From a virus, in IMG/VR virus record IMGVR_UViG_3300046323_000673, positions 19,861 through 83,860 of that record: a DNA stretch of 64,000 bases; one strand, 5' to 3'. Shown one piece after another: positions 9,916-19,304 of this stretch; position 1 is the stretch's first letter, and each line of letters opens with the position of its first letter. The notes beneath the pieces are model-generated. The model was not told the origin of the DNA and ran no database searches. It saw nothing but the letters and a program-made list of their open reading frames with translations. The translations under genes were made by a program, and so were the position numbers.

Positions 9916-11301
9916 ATGTCACTCGTTTTGGGTATCCCGCCCGCAATTCTCAACCTCGTTCAGCAAGGCTTGCTTGAACGAGCATTCCACGACGGCCTCT
10001 TCCCCTCGCTGCTCTATCGCGGCGAAGCGCAGTACGAGGAATGGCAAGGTCAAACCGGCACTGAGATCTTTATGACTCGGCCCGGGCTCTTGGCACCCAT
10101 CACGACCCCGCTCGTTCCAGGTGTGGATCCCGTTCCGCAGACCGTGAGTTTTGAGCAATGGGTTGCACGGCTTGATCGTTATTCGGGGACGATCGATACG
10201 CACATGCCGACGTCGGCGGTTGCGCAAGCTGATTTGTTCATGCGCAATGTTCAGCAGCTCGGTTTGCAGGCCGGTCAGAGCCTCAACCGTTTGCCCCGCA
10301 ACGCGCTTTACAAGTCGTACCTATCGGGCCAAACAGTGACGATCCTCGTCACTGCGGTACCTGATACGGCAATCCGTGTTGCGTCGTTGAATGGATTCAC
10401 TGACGTCGTGAGTCGTGGCGTGAACGTGCGCCCGTTGCCGGTTTCCCCGAGTGCACCGTTGCCCATTACGATCAACGGAACGACCGCGCGTAACGTGGTT
10501 GGTGCATTCCCCGATGACCCGAACGATCCGTACGGACCGGGCACGCTATTGCTTGATGCAGCCGTGGGTGCAGTGGTTGCAGTTCGTTCGTCAGTGCTTT
10601 CGCGATTCAAGCCACGCGTGATTCGTTGCGGCGGTGGTAGCTCGATTGACGCAATCGGAAGCACGGACGTGCTCACGTTGCAGGACGCAATCAATTCCAC
10701 GAATTGGCTGCGCAAAAACAACGTTCTTCCCCACGAAGATGGGTACTACCACGGGCATATCAACACGGACGCCAACTCGCAGGTCTTCCAAGATCCCGCG
10801 TTCCAACGATTGAACACGAGCTTGCCGAATGGCGAGTATTACCAAAAGGCGTTCTTCGGAACGATCGCCGGTATCGCGTTCTACTCGAACAACGAAAACC
10901 CGGATTACACCAACTCGGGGGCTCGTACGCTTACCGGGACGAACGCTGCGTATAGCGCTGACATCGGCGCTGAAACGACGAACGAATCGGGGATCAACAT
11001 TGGTCGCGTGGTCATCACCGGCCGTGGTTCGATCTACGAAAAGGGCCTCGACGAAAACGCATACGTCACCGAAGCGGGTGTTACCGGAAAGATCGCCGAT
11101 TTCCAGGTGGTGAATGGCGGTGTGGAAATCAGCACCGAACGTATTCGATTGATCCTGCGTGCCCCGCAGAATCGTTTGCAGGATCAAGTAGCTGCAACGT
11201 GGTCGATCACGACCTGCTTCCCGATTCCCTCGGATGCGGCGAGCGGCGGACTTGAGCGATTCAAGCGTGCGGTCGTCATCGAACACGCGCTCGATAGCTG
11301 A
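9916..11301 (+). CDS. major capsid protein
   Basis: 461 aa, strong AAGGAG RBS, follows scaffold; resembles N4-gp56-type capsids (LTLQDAI..LRKNNV, YHGHIN, FGTIAGIAF). Confidence 0.8.
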   Translation: MSLVLGIPPAILNLVQQGLLERAFHDGLFPSLLYRGEAQYEEWQGQTGTEIFMTRPGLLAPITTPLVPGVDPVPQTVSFEQWVARLDRYSGTIDTHMPTSAVAQADLFMRNVQQLGLQAGQSLNRLPRNALYKSYLSGQTVTILVTAVPDTAIRVASLNGFTDVVSRGVNVRPLPVSPSAPLPITINGTTARNVVGAFPDDPNDPYGPGTLLLDAAVGAVVAVRSSVLSRFKPRVIRCGGGSSIDAIGSTDVLTLQDAINSTNWLRKNNVLPHEDGYYHGHINTDANSQVFQDPAFQRLNTSLPNGEYYQKAFFGTIAGIAFYSNNENPDYTNSGARTLTGTNAAYSADIGAETTNESGINIGRVVITGRGSIYEKGLDENAYVTEAGVTGKIADFQVVNGGVEISTERIRLILRAPQNRLQDQVAATWSITTCFPIPSDAASGGLERFKRAVVIEHALDS

Positions 11302-11312
11302 TTGATTCAGTA

Positions 11313-11379
11313 GGCAAGAGCGGGACGGTTGACGATCGCCCTGCTCTTGCCGCACGATGCGACCTCCCTAGGAGGTCGT
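11313..11379 (+). promoter_or_regulatory. two tandem hairpins after capsid gene, second one occludes the RBS
   Basis: GGCAAGAGC(11313-21)/GCTCTTGCC(11343-51); CGACCTCC-CTA-GGAGGTCG (11360-78) contains GGAGG of the next gene. Confidence 0.6.
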
Positions 11380-11382
11380 TTT

Positions 11383-11973
11383 ATGGCTCGAAATCTTCCC
11401 GCAAACACTGAAGAACGAAACCTTACCCCGGTTGATGCGCAAGCGTTGAAGGAAGCGCAAGCGTTGAATGCTGCTGCTGATGCTTCGCGTGGTACGTCAA
11501 ACGTTGCTGCTGAAGCTGCACGTGCGCAGCAGCAACAAGGCGCGAGTGTGCAAGTGCTCGATGCAACGCCCATTCGAACGGTGGATATGTCCCCGCCGGG
11601 TAACAAGATTGACGCATTACCGGACATGGTCAGTCGGCATCTTGTCGATGCGTCAACGACTGCACCCGTCGTGCGCAGTGCACTTGATGTTCCCTTACCC
11701 AAAGTGGCGCGAACAGGAACGGCAATCGTGATGCAAGGCGTGGGTGCAATGCAAGGCAACGGAGCGACCGAAGCAGTAGAAGCAGCTCCCCCAGTCGAAC
11801 GAAAGTATCGTGTTATGGAAACACGAATGATCCTTGACACGACAAGTGCATCGCGAACAAAGCTGCAAGAGGGAAAGGAAATCAGTGACAAACACTACAC
11901 GATTCGCCGATTGCAGCAGCAGGGCGTGAAGCTCAAAGACATTACAGATCTTGATCCCAACGCGCCGGTTTGA
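11383..11973 (+). CDS. hypothetical protein (post-capsid)
   Basis: GGAGGT RBS, Ala-rich ORF. Confidence 0.7.
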   Translation: MARNLPANTEERNLTPVDAQALKEAQALNAAADASRGTSNVAAEAARAQQQQGASVQVLDATPIRTVDMSPPGNKIDALPDMVSRHLVDASTTAPVVRSALDVPLPKVARTGTAIVMQGVGAMQGNGATEAVEAAPPVERKYRVMETRMILDTTSASRTKLQEGKEISDKHYTIRRLQQQGVKLKDITDLDPNAPV

Positions 11974-11986
11974 AAGGGTTTGACCA

Positions 11987-12394
11987 ATGGGTGTCGATTA
12001 TCTGACCGCTGATGAAAAGGTCCGCATTCGGCACCACCTTGGTTACCTGAATGTGGATGAATCGAGCACGTTCGTGATCGGTTTGCCCGCGGGTGTCGAA
12101 ACGCAATTCATGATCGAGGGATCGTTTTCCCGACTGCTTGCCGCTGCATTGCCCCAGGTGCGCAAGCTCTTGCAATACTGCGAATGCACCGAGGAACAAC
12201 GATTCAGCTCGCAACCCAACGCGGTTGTGAAAGAAGTCGATGGGATCAAGATGGGCGCAGAGGACGAACAGTTGATGCTTTCCCGCAATTACGACTATTG
12301 GCGCGCGGCACTCGCCAACATGTTCGGGATCCCGCCCAACCAGTTTGATATGCGGTACGGCGGCGGTTCACTCAACATCCGCGTGCAGGGGTGA
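11987..12394 (+). CDS. putative head-tail adaptor
   Basis: 135 aa, LTADEKVRIRHHLGY N-terminus; synteny. Confidence 0.6.
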   Translation: MGVDYLTADEKVRIRHHLGYLNVDESSTFVIGLPAGVETQFMIEGSFSRLLAAALPQVRKLLQYCECTEEQRFSSQPNAVVKEVDGIKMGAEDEQLMLSRNYDYWRAALANMFGIPPNQFDMRYGGGSLNIRVQG

Positions 12395-12406
12395 GCATCG
12401 AAGGTG

Positions 12407-12436
12407 AAATCCAATTGGATCGATCCAATTGGATTT
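12407..12436. repeat. 30-bp palindrome copy 4 (exact; extends to 38 bp, 12403-12440)
   Basis: Between convergent genes; GGTG...CACC flanks extend the symmetry. Confidence 0.97.
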
Positions 12437-12447
12437 CACCCCGTTCA

Positions 12448-13002
12448 TCACCGCGAGCGTGGACGACGTCGCAACATGCGAGGGACGCGAATCGCTGAAC
12501 GAAGAATCGACGCGAGTTCTTCACGGTCGAGTTTGCGTGCGTGTGCGAGTTCTTCTTCCAATCGAAAACAACGCTGAATCAACTCGTTGTATTCGGCGTT
12601 CAATGCATCGAACGAACCGAATTGTTTCAATTGTGATTCGAGCACGCGAACACGAGCATTCAGGTTTGCGCATTCGGTCGTCTTGGCATCGAGATCTGTT
12701 TGCTTGAACATCGTCTGCTCAACTGCCCATTGAAGGCACGCCGCTTCGTTCTCGGCAGTCTTGCGATCGAATGTGACTTCCGCAAGCTTGGCGTGGATCT
12801 GTTTCGCGCATGCCCATGTACACACGTCAAATGATGACTTATTGAATCCATTTCTTACGAATTCGGATCGATATCCTGCACTGAAATGACGCCATTCGTC
12901 TTCGTCTGGGTTTGGTGGGTATGCATTGCGTCGCTTGTTTGGATTCGCTTCCTGTTTCCCGCACGCATCACAGATCATTACTGTGGTTGTTTCGCTGCTC
13001 AT
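12448..13002 (-). CDS. antisense hypothetical protein, CxxC zinc-binding plus coiled coil
   Basis: CDACG...CTWAC; GAGGA RBS; CATGAT upstream. Confidence 0.7.
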   Translation of the reverse strand: MSSETTTVMICDACGKQEANPNKRRNAYPPNPDEDEWRHFSAGYRSEFVRNGFNKSSFDVCTWACAKQIHAKLAEVTFDRKTAENEAACLQWAVEQTMFKQTDLDAKTTECANLNARVRVLESQLKQFGSFDALNAEYNELIQRCFRLEEELAHARKLDREELASILRSAIRVPRMLRRRPRSR

Positions 13003-13050
13003 TGATTGATCCTCGCTCTCGTTCCCATCATGCGATGATTGCGCCTGCCC

Positions 13051-13611
13051 ATGAAACCTCGAGCCCTACCCGCTGGTACCGCGGCACGAACAGTGCTCGC
13101 ACGCATCGCCCCTGCCATCGACAACGCGCGACAAGTCGCAACCGAGATCGGCGCGCGTCCGTATCAAGTCTTCCTCGTGTGGGGCGCGTGGGGTGGCAAG
13201 GAACGGGGCGAAGGAACGTTCGGGGAACTCGCACGGTTGCAGCTATTGCCAAACCCCAAGATCGACACTGTGCAATTCACGAACACGCCCTACAGCGCGG
13301 GGCAGTTGCCCGTGGGTGCATTGCGCGTGTCGGGTATTTCGTCGACGTATACGCAACCTGTTTTGCAGGGTAATCGACTTCCGAATGGGCATGAGTTCGA
13401 CAAGCAAAACAGGCGTAACGACTTCTTCTACGAGATCACGCTCGATGATCGAACCCCGAGTGAAGACCCCGAACGTGCGCGTATGCGATTGCTCTCTGGA
13501 CCCACGCTCATGCCCACGCGCGTATCGTGGGAGATGCAACTTGAACGCTCGTCTGATGATCGTTCCAATCGGGAAGCACGCATTGATCGCGCGAATGGAA
13601 AGGGCTGCTGA
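13051..13611 (+). CDS. putative head-closure/neck protein
   Basis: Size and synteny between adaptor and gp10-like gene. Confidence 0.55.
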   Translation: MKPRALPAGTAARTVLARIAPAIDNARQVATEIGARPYQVFLVWGAWGGKERGEGTFGELARLQLLPNPKIDTVQFTNTPYSAGQLPVGALRVSGISSTYTQPVLQGNRLPNGHEFDKQNRRNDFFYEITLDDRTPSEDPERARMRLLSGPTLMPTRVSWEMQLERSSDDRSNREARIDRANGKGC

Positions 13612-14117
13612 TGGCTGCTGAAATCACGTTGCAGGAAGCGGCGCAACGAACGGAAGAACTCAAAGAGAAGTGGCACAAGGCGGCTGTGCTTGGCTTGCAA
13701 TCAGCAGCGGCAAGGGGCGTGCAGGACATCGTCACGCGCATCATCCCATCACGCACGCCGCAACCCGTGGACCGGGGAGTCTATCGCTCGGGATGGCGGT
13801 TCTATACAGCTCCCGATGGTGCGGTGATTGATAACGCCGAACCGCACGCCATCTTGATCGAAGACGGCGTGCGTGCGGGTAACGTTAAGATCGGGAAGAA
13901 GATGATCGACGCGCTTGCTGAGTGGGTACAGCGCAAGGGCATTGTTAGTGGGGATGACGCACGTTCGGTTGCATGGGCAATCGCGAAGTCGATGCAGCGC
14001 CGGGGGATATTCAACAAGGGCAAGGGAATGGGGATACTTGCCGAACTGGTCGACAAGTATCTGCCCGGCTATGTCGAAGAAGAAGTTGCGCGGGAAGTCG
14101 AACGGGCGGGGTTCTAG
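13611..14117 (+). CDS. HK97 gp10-like neck/tail component
   Basis: PVDRGVYRSGW, NAEPHAILIEDG, WVQRKG motifs. Confidence 0.7.
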   Translation: MAAEITLQEAAQRTEELKEKWHKAAVLGLQSAAARGVQDIVTRIIPSRTPQPVDRGVYRSGWRFYTAPDGAVIDNAEPHAILIEDGVRAGNVKIGKKMIDALAEWVQRKGIVSGDDARSVAWAIAKSMQRRGIFNKGKGMGILAELVDKYLPGYVEEEVAREVERAGF

Positions 14118-14245
14118 ATCGATTTACGTTGCGCCATTTTCAACGCATTCCGACGTAGTGCATCGAAATCGGCGATTAAGGCGAGTTCCCGAATGCACAG
14201 AAGTATCCGATAGAATTTGAGTTCGTCCTGATTCATGTGGTGATT

Positions 14246-14470
14246 CTAGATCTTCTTGGCGAACCCGTATCGTTTGCCACGCTTTTCACCTTCCGCGTCG
14301 ATTGCACCAAGCGCGGTGAGGTACGCAATCGCGGCGCTCCATTCGGATGACGAGCATGAAACGTGAACAGCGATTTCGCCCTTGGTGAGTTTCTTGTCTT
14401 TCGACTTTTCGAGTGTGTTGACGATCTGTTGAGCGATTCGTTGGGTATTCGATGAGACTTCGGTAGCCAT
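14246..14470 (-). CDS. small winged-HTH DNA-binding protein (antisense)
   Basis: IVNTLE..LTKGEIA..SSSEWSAAIAYL..GAI..EGEKRGKRY; AAGGAG RBS. Confidence 0.7.
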   Translation of the reverse strand: MATEVSSNTQRIAQQIVNTLEKSKDKKLTKGEIAVHVSCSSSEWSAAIAYLTALGAIDAEGEKRGKRYGFAKKI

Positions 14471-14500
14471 GGAATTGAACTCCTTTCGAGTCGGGATAGG

Positions 14501-14704
14501 TCATGCGACGTTTCTCGCGGCCCGTTGCGCGCGTTTCACTTCTTCCCGTCGTGATTGTGCCGCCTTCACTTGTGCGAGGTGCACGGCGCATCGCTTGTTT
14601 GGCTTCAACGCATCACGTTTGCAGTCGATGCATTTACCCATGTTCATTTGCTTCTTCCGCCATGCGTCGCGGTCTTCGTCGAAGATGCTGATTTTATGGA
14701 TCAT
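14501..14704 (-). CDS. small basic Cys/His protein (antisense)
   Basis: GKCIDCK...RCAVH; CATGAT 6 bp before ATG next to palindrome 5. Confidence 0.6.
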   Translation of the reverse strand: MIHKISIFDEDRDAWRKKQMNMGKCIDCKRDALKPNKRCAVHLAQVKAAQSRREEVKRAQRAARNVA

Positions 14705-14720
14705 GCCGTGATCATGCGTG

Positions 14721-14750
14721 AAATCCAATTGGATCGATCCAATTGGATTT
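14721..14750. repeat. 30-bp palindrome copy 5 (exact)
   Basis: Between divergent genes. Confidence 0.97.
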
Positions 14751-14771
14751 TGTGATGCTACCTTCACAACC

Positions 14772-15491
14772 ATGGCCGTTTTCGACGCGCTTAGGAAATA
14801 CCTTGCGGGCGGGCTGTTCTTCGGCCGGGCAAACCCAAGGAACAAGCCCCGACCCCTTCCCTCGCACGATGCACGGTCGTACGCGCTCGCGAAGTTTGGC
14901 GACTTCCTCGCGGCGCTCGAATGGTCCCGTCCTGGTGACGTCGGCAAACCCGATGTTCCATATCGAATCGCACGCGAGGATATTTACGAGGAACAACCCG
15001 ACGATCCCGCGCAATTGAACTTCCCAAGCATCGCGTTCCTTCCCGCGCGGGGCATGCACGATCAATACAACCTTGGTCCAAGCGACATTATCGACGAAAG
15101 CCGAGACCAGTTTGGGAAGGGCACCGTGCTGCTCTTGCAAGGGGAGTACATCGAACCGTTCATGATCGAGGTGTGGGGAAGTCACATCGCTGAACGCCGG
15201 TCGATTCTTGCCGGCATACAAGCGGTGATGCGAATGAACGAGCGTTCGAATGCGTTGCAGCTCCTGCTTCCCGAATACTTTGGTCGGGTCGCAAGCTTCA
15301 GTTTGATGGATTCGCAGAACATCGACGATCCCGACGTTGTTCGTGGACGCCGGCGGGGGCAAGTCGCGGTCGAACTGCGCGTACCCGAAGTTGTGCTTGT
15401 CGACGTCGTAACGATGCGTCCCTGCCTATGTGTTGAGGTCGTGGACAAGCTGCGTTCCGAACAATGCGGACAAGATGCCGACTCGACGTAG
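14772..15491 (+). CDS. putative tail completion/terminator protein
   Basis: Immediately before sheath; FPSIAF motif; TACCTT 7 bp before ATG. Confidence 0.6.
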   Translation: MAVFDALRKYLAGGLFFGRANPRNKPRPLPSHDARSYALAKFGDFLAALEWSRPGDVGKPDVPYRIAREDIYEEQPDDPAQLNFPSIAFLPARGMHDQYNLGPSDIIDESRDQFGKGTVLLLQGEYIEPFMIEVWGSHIAERRSILAGIQAVMRMNERSNALQLLLPEYFGRVASFSLMDSQNIDDPDVVRGRRRGQVAVELRVPEVVLVDVVTMRPCLCVEVVDKLRSEQCGQDADST

Positions 15492-15518
15492 AGCGAAACA
15501 ACGGCGTAACGTACTTGC

Positions 15519-17738
15519 ATGGGTGCAGGCTTTTTACGCAGATTCATCGGGCGCCAACCTACAGTCGACGAGCTTCTCGCGATTGAAGGCGTTGTGCTCA
15601 TTGACAAGGATCCACCGGCGGCGATCAACGGGGCAAACACGGGTGTTGCCCTTGTCGTAGGTGAGTTCGAGGATGGTCCGTTCAATACGCCGCTAGAGAT
15701 CCTTTCATCGAATGATCTCGCGACGACGTTCGGGCAATTCGGTTTCAACTATGACGGTTTGGCGGGGGGTAACCCTTGTGCTCGATCACGACTCGCGGAC
15801 GGGGCGACATCCCCCGAGTATTGGAACGGCAACGGGTTCATCGGGCTTGTGAACAAGAGGTTCGCGGGGCTCGTTCTCGTTCGCGTTGATACGAGCGTGG
15901 GTGAAGTTTCGTTCACAAGACTTGCGAGTCTATCCGGACGAACTGATTTCTCGTTCGCGCTTTCCGATGGTGCATCGCTCGATTTCGATATCGGCGCGGG
16001 TACAGTATCGGCGGTGTTTAACGGCGCGGTTGCGACGATTGCAAGCGCGGCGGGCACGTACCCAAGCACGTTCACCGGCGGGCAAACCCTGACCGTCGCA
16101 ATCGAGGGAACGACCTACGTGATCACGTTCCTCGCGGCGGACCAAACCCAAGCGCAGTGCATCGCGCGAATGAACGCGGCGGTTGGGTACACGGCATTCG
16201 TTTCGTTCAGCGCAACCGTGATCGATTTCAATGGTCGCATTGAAGGCACCGATGGCGAGATCCAAGTGCTCGCGGTGAGCGGCGCACTCGTCACGACTGC
16301 AACCGGGTTTTCCGCGGGCGCTGCTGTAAACGGAACGGGCAACGTCCCGAACCTTGCAGCCATTTCAAGCACAGATGCCGACGCGGTAGTGAATGCGGCG
16401 GATGCAGACACCAACATCGACCGCGACGCGAACAACGCGATTCGCATCGTGAATACGGGTACGCCTGGCACAGGCACGATCATCGTCGATAGTACGAGCA
16501 CGGCACTCGCGTTTGGCTTCCCGCTCGACACGGAAGCAGATGCCGCAGTGGGCATTGATGGGAGCATTCCCGCGGGCACACGTATTCGAACAGGTGCGGG
16601 CGTTGAATTCGTCACAATGACGACGACGGCAATCACCGCGGCAAACGCCGGCCCCTACACGATTCGCGTACGACACGCGCTCGACAATGGTGCAGGTGCA
16701 TCACAACTCGTTTCGACGCTGAACGTTGTGCCTTTCCCGATTGCGATCGGGGCATTCGCAGTGACGAACAATCTGCCTATCGGTGCGGCGAAAACGGAAG
16801 CACAACTTGACGCGCTGTACACGACCGCGATTCAAGGAACGAAGTCGATCAAGGGCATCACGAAGAAAGTGAACATCATCGTGAGTGCGCGACAATCGAA
16901 CACGATTCGTTCGGCGCTGAAGGTGAATCAGCTTGAGGCGTCCACGGAAGGCTGCTTCGGGCGTATCGCATGCATTCGTCCCCCACTTGGAATCACTCGA
17001 GCAACCGCGCGCAGCACGTCGGCACAACCCGGCGTCGGGGCGTATAGGAACCGGGGTGTGGTGTACTGTTACCCCGGCGTTCAAACCTACGTCCCGCAGA
17101 TTGCAGCACGTGGCATCGCGGGCGGTGCGGGGTTCACCGCGGACGGGATCATCAACACGGGATTCGATACGTGGATGACCTCGATCCTTTCTCAACTCCC
17201 GCCGGAAGAAGATGCGGGGCAAGAAACCGGGTATTTGGCAGGCGTGCTTGATATCGAACGCAATGCCGATGTCGCTGATTTGAAGATCGAGGATTACATC
17301 GCGTTCAAGGCGTCGGGTATTGCCGCACCTCGCATCGATGACGGCGTATGTATCGTGCAAAGTGCGGATACAAGTGTTGACCCGGCGGTTGACCCCGTGG
17401 GCGTTCCCATTGCCCGACAACGATTCGTGTATTACCTGCAAGACACGCTTGGTCCGCGTCTCAATACGTACGTGAAGAAGGGCAGCACGAACGAACGACG
17501 GGCGTTGGTCGTGGGCGAAGTCGACGGGTTCTTGTCGGGTTTGCTTAGCGAGGGACAACCGTCACTCGCGCGCATTCTTGGTTATGAAATCGACACAATT
17601 AGCGGCAACACGCCTGCACTTCTCGAACGAGGGATCTTTCGTATCATCGAACGTGTGAAGATGATCGCGCCGTTCCGAGCTATTGTGCTCGAATCAATAG
17701 TGGGTGAAACGGTTCAGATCGCCGAAACAGCGGCGTAA
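15519..17738 (+). CDS. contractile tail sheath protein
   Basis: 739 aa; GVVLID...VALVVGEFEDGPFNTP N-terminus; sheath-like C-terminus (NTPALLERGIF). Confidence 0.85.
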   Translation: MGAGFLRRFIGRQPTVDELLAIEGVVLIDKDPPAAINGANTGVALVVGEFEDGPFNTPLEILSSNDLATTFGQFGFNYDGLAGGNPCARSRLADGATSPEYWNGNGFIGLVNKRFAGLVLVRVDTSVGEVSFTRLASLSGRTDFSFALSDGASLDFDIGAGTVSAVFNGAVATIASAAGTYPSTFTGGQTLTVAIEGTTYVITFLAADQTQAQCIARMNAAVGYTAFVSFSATVIDFNGRIEGTDGEIQVLAVSGALVTTATGFSAGAAVNGTGNVPNLAAISSTDADAVVNAADADTNIDRDANNAIRIVNTGTPGTGTIIVDSTSTALAFGFPLDTEADAAVGIDGSIPAGTRIRTGAGVEFVTMTTTAITAANAGPYTIRVRHALDNGAGASQLVSTLNVVPFPIAIGAFAVTNNLPIGAAKTEAQLDALYTTAIQGTKSIKGITKKVNIIVSARQSNTIRSALKVNQLEASTEGCFGRIACIRPPLGITRATARSTSAQPGVGAYRNRGVVYCYPGVQTYVPQIAARGIAGGAGFTADGIINTGFDTWMTSILSQLPPEEDAGQETGYLAGVLDIERNADVADLKIEDYIAFKASGIAAPRIDDGVCIVQSADTSVDPAVDPVGVPIARQRFVYYLQDTLGPRLNTYVKKGSTNERRALVVGEVDGFLSGLLSEGQPSLARILGYEIDTISGNTPALLERGIFRIIERVKMIAPFRAIVLESIVGETVQIAETAA

Positions 17739-17749
17739 GAGGTGACGTC

Positions 17750-18199
17750 ATGGGCGATCGATTAAAGGGCCAAGAGGTATCAATCAGGGTCATCGACTCG
17801 GGGACGATGGTCGCGAGTCTCGATTCGATCACGAGCTTCAATGAGGAAATGAAGTCGGAGATCAAAGAGGACGGCTTTCTCGGGGAAGTCGCGAATCGAT
17901 TCGATGACATCTTCAACGGGTTTGGCGGCGACTTTGAAATTCACGTCCGTCGTTCGGATTATGTGAATTTTCAAAAACGCGTGAAGGAACGACAACAACG
18001 CAAGGTCGTGACGCGCGTGTTCAACGTCGTGCGTACCGACCTCTACCCCGATGGCACGTCGACCGTGTTCACGTACATCGACGTGAAGTGGGGGGCGATG
18101 AGTACGAGCGCGGGAAGTCGCACCGACTTCGTGAAGATGAAAACAAGTTTTGCTTGTTCAGAACGCGCCGACAAGCAAAACGCACTGCCCCTTTCCTGA
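17750..18199 (+). CDS. tail tube protein
   Basis: 149 aa directly after sheath, GAGGTG RBS. Confidence 0.75.
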   Translation: MGDRLKGQEVSIRVIDSGTMVASLDSITSFNEEMKSEIKEDGFLGEVANRFDDIFNGFGGDFEIHVRRSDYVNFQKRVKERQQRKVVTRVFNVVRTDLYPDGTSTVFTYIDVKWGAMSTSAGSRTDFVKMKTSFACSERADKQNALPLS

Positions 18200-18221
18200 C
18201 AAATCCCTACGTTACTCGACG

Positions 18222-18251
18222 AAATCCAATTGGATCGATCCAATTGGATTT
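18222..18251. repeat. 30-bp palindrome copy 6 (exact)
   Basis: Intergenic; CGTCGAGTAACGTAGGGAT flank lies on the minus strand. Confidence 0.97.
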
Positions 18252-18330
18252 CGTTCGTTCACGCACACGAGCACGCATCCCTTGACGTCTTGCCCTATTG
18301 GCGTTCTGATGTGATTTGGAGGTCGTGACG

Positions 18331-18981
18331 ATGGCTGATAAGAACGACGCTGATTGGTTTGATGGCGACGGCAAAGCGGGGCAGGAAGAGGGTACGCAAG
18401 AGCAAGGTGCCGAACTTGAAGTCGAGGACGATGACGAGTCGCAAGGGGCGGTGATGGATGAAGTTCCCATCGAAGAACTGCAATCCCCCGCGGCCGATCT
18501 CAAAACGGAAGAGCCAAAAAAGATCACAACGCGACAAATGGTCCCCAAGTCGGACGGTGTTCGTCGCGCGCCGGTATGGGCAAAGATCCCAAAGGGAATG
18601 AAGTTTCCCAAGGGTATCGACGTTTTGATTCTTCGCATTCGCGCCGAATTGACGATGTATCCCGGCAAGGGTGAACGTCAGGTCATTATCTGGCAGGTAA
18701 CGGACGGCGATCAAAAGCTCGCGATATCCCGCGCAATGGGCGATTCAAACCGCCTTGGAATCGAAATGACGAAACAGATGATTCGCGCGGCCGATGGTCA
18801 GCAAATCAATTGGACGGGTGATCCATCCGCGCCGGGAATTGATATCGATCGGTTTTGGCACGAAATCGGACAGAAGGGTCGGTCGATTCTTCATCGCATC
18901 ACAAACCAATTGTGCGTGATGAGCGAGGAAGAACATGCTGATTTTTTCGAGCATTGCATCGCTGCCGTTCGGACGGGCTAA
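18331..18981 (+). CDS. tail assembly chaperone (G-like)
   Basis: Between tube and tape measure; GGAGGT RBS; slippery T TTT TTC at 18942-18948. Confidence 0.65.
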   Translation: MADKNDADWFDGDGKAGQEEGTQEQGAELEVEDDDESQGAVMDEVPIEELQSPAADLKTEEPKKITTRQMVPKSDGVRRAPVWAKIPKGMKFPKGIDVLILRIRAELTMYPGKGERQVIIWQVTDGDQKLAISRAMGDSNRLGIEMTKQMIRAADGQQINWTGDPSAPGIDIDRFWHEIGQKGRSILHRITNQLCVMSEEEHADFFEHCIAAVRTG

Positions 18982-19289
18982 GGTTTGACAAGGAAGGCTT
19001 CACGCTTGATCCTGATGAGCGATTGAACCTTCTGAAACGGCTCATTCGATATGCGGGCGATGCTGAAATGTACGCGTTCGTGATTGCTTACTGCACGTCG
19101 ATCAACCCAATCGATATGCATAAGAATCGAATCTGGCAACACGTATACCTTGCCAGGTATATGCGCCTTTCCCCGAGCGAGATTGAGCGCATGCCCCTCT
19201 CGCTTATCCGTCAATACATCGCTACCCTGTCCGAGTTCATCAAAAAGGAAGCAGGTCCCGCGCAGCAAGCCGAGACCGACTTCGTGTGA
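18942..19289 (+). CDS. tail chaperone -1 frameshift extension (GT-like)
   Basis: The -1 frame is open from the slippery site to 19289; LSPSEIERMPL motif typical of the T part. Confidence 0.6.
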   Translation, partial: FFRALHRCRSDGLRFDKEGFTLDPDERLNLLKRLIRYAGDAEMYAFVIAYCTSINPIDMHKNRIWQHVYLARYMRLSPSEIERMPLSLIRQYIATLSEFIKKEAGPAQQAETDFV

Positions 19290-19304
19290 TGCGAGGGTAG
19301 TTTC

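Noticed and set aside
14718-14771. ORF-track starts that run through palindromes (MKSNWIDPIG..., MLLDEIQLDRSNW...)
   Set aside because: By-product of the stop-free palindrome; better starts lie downstream
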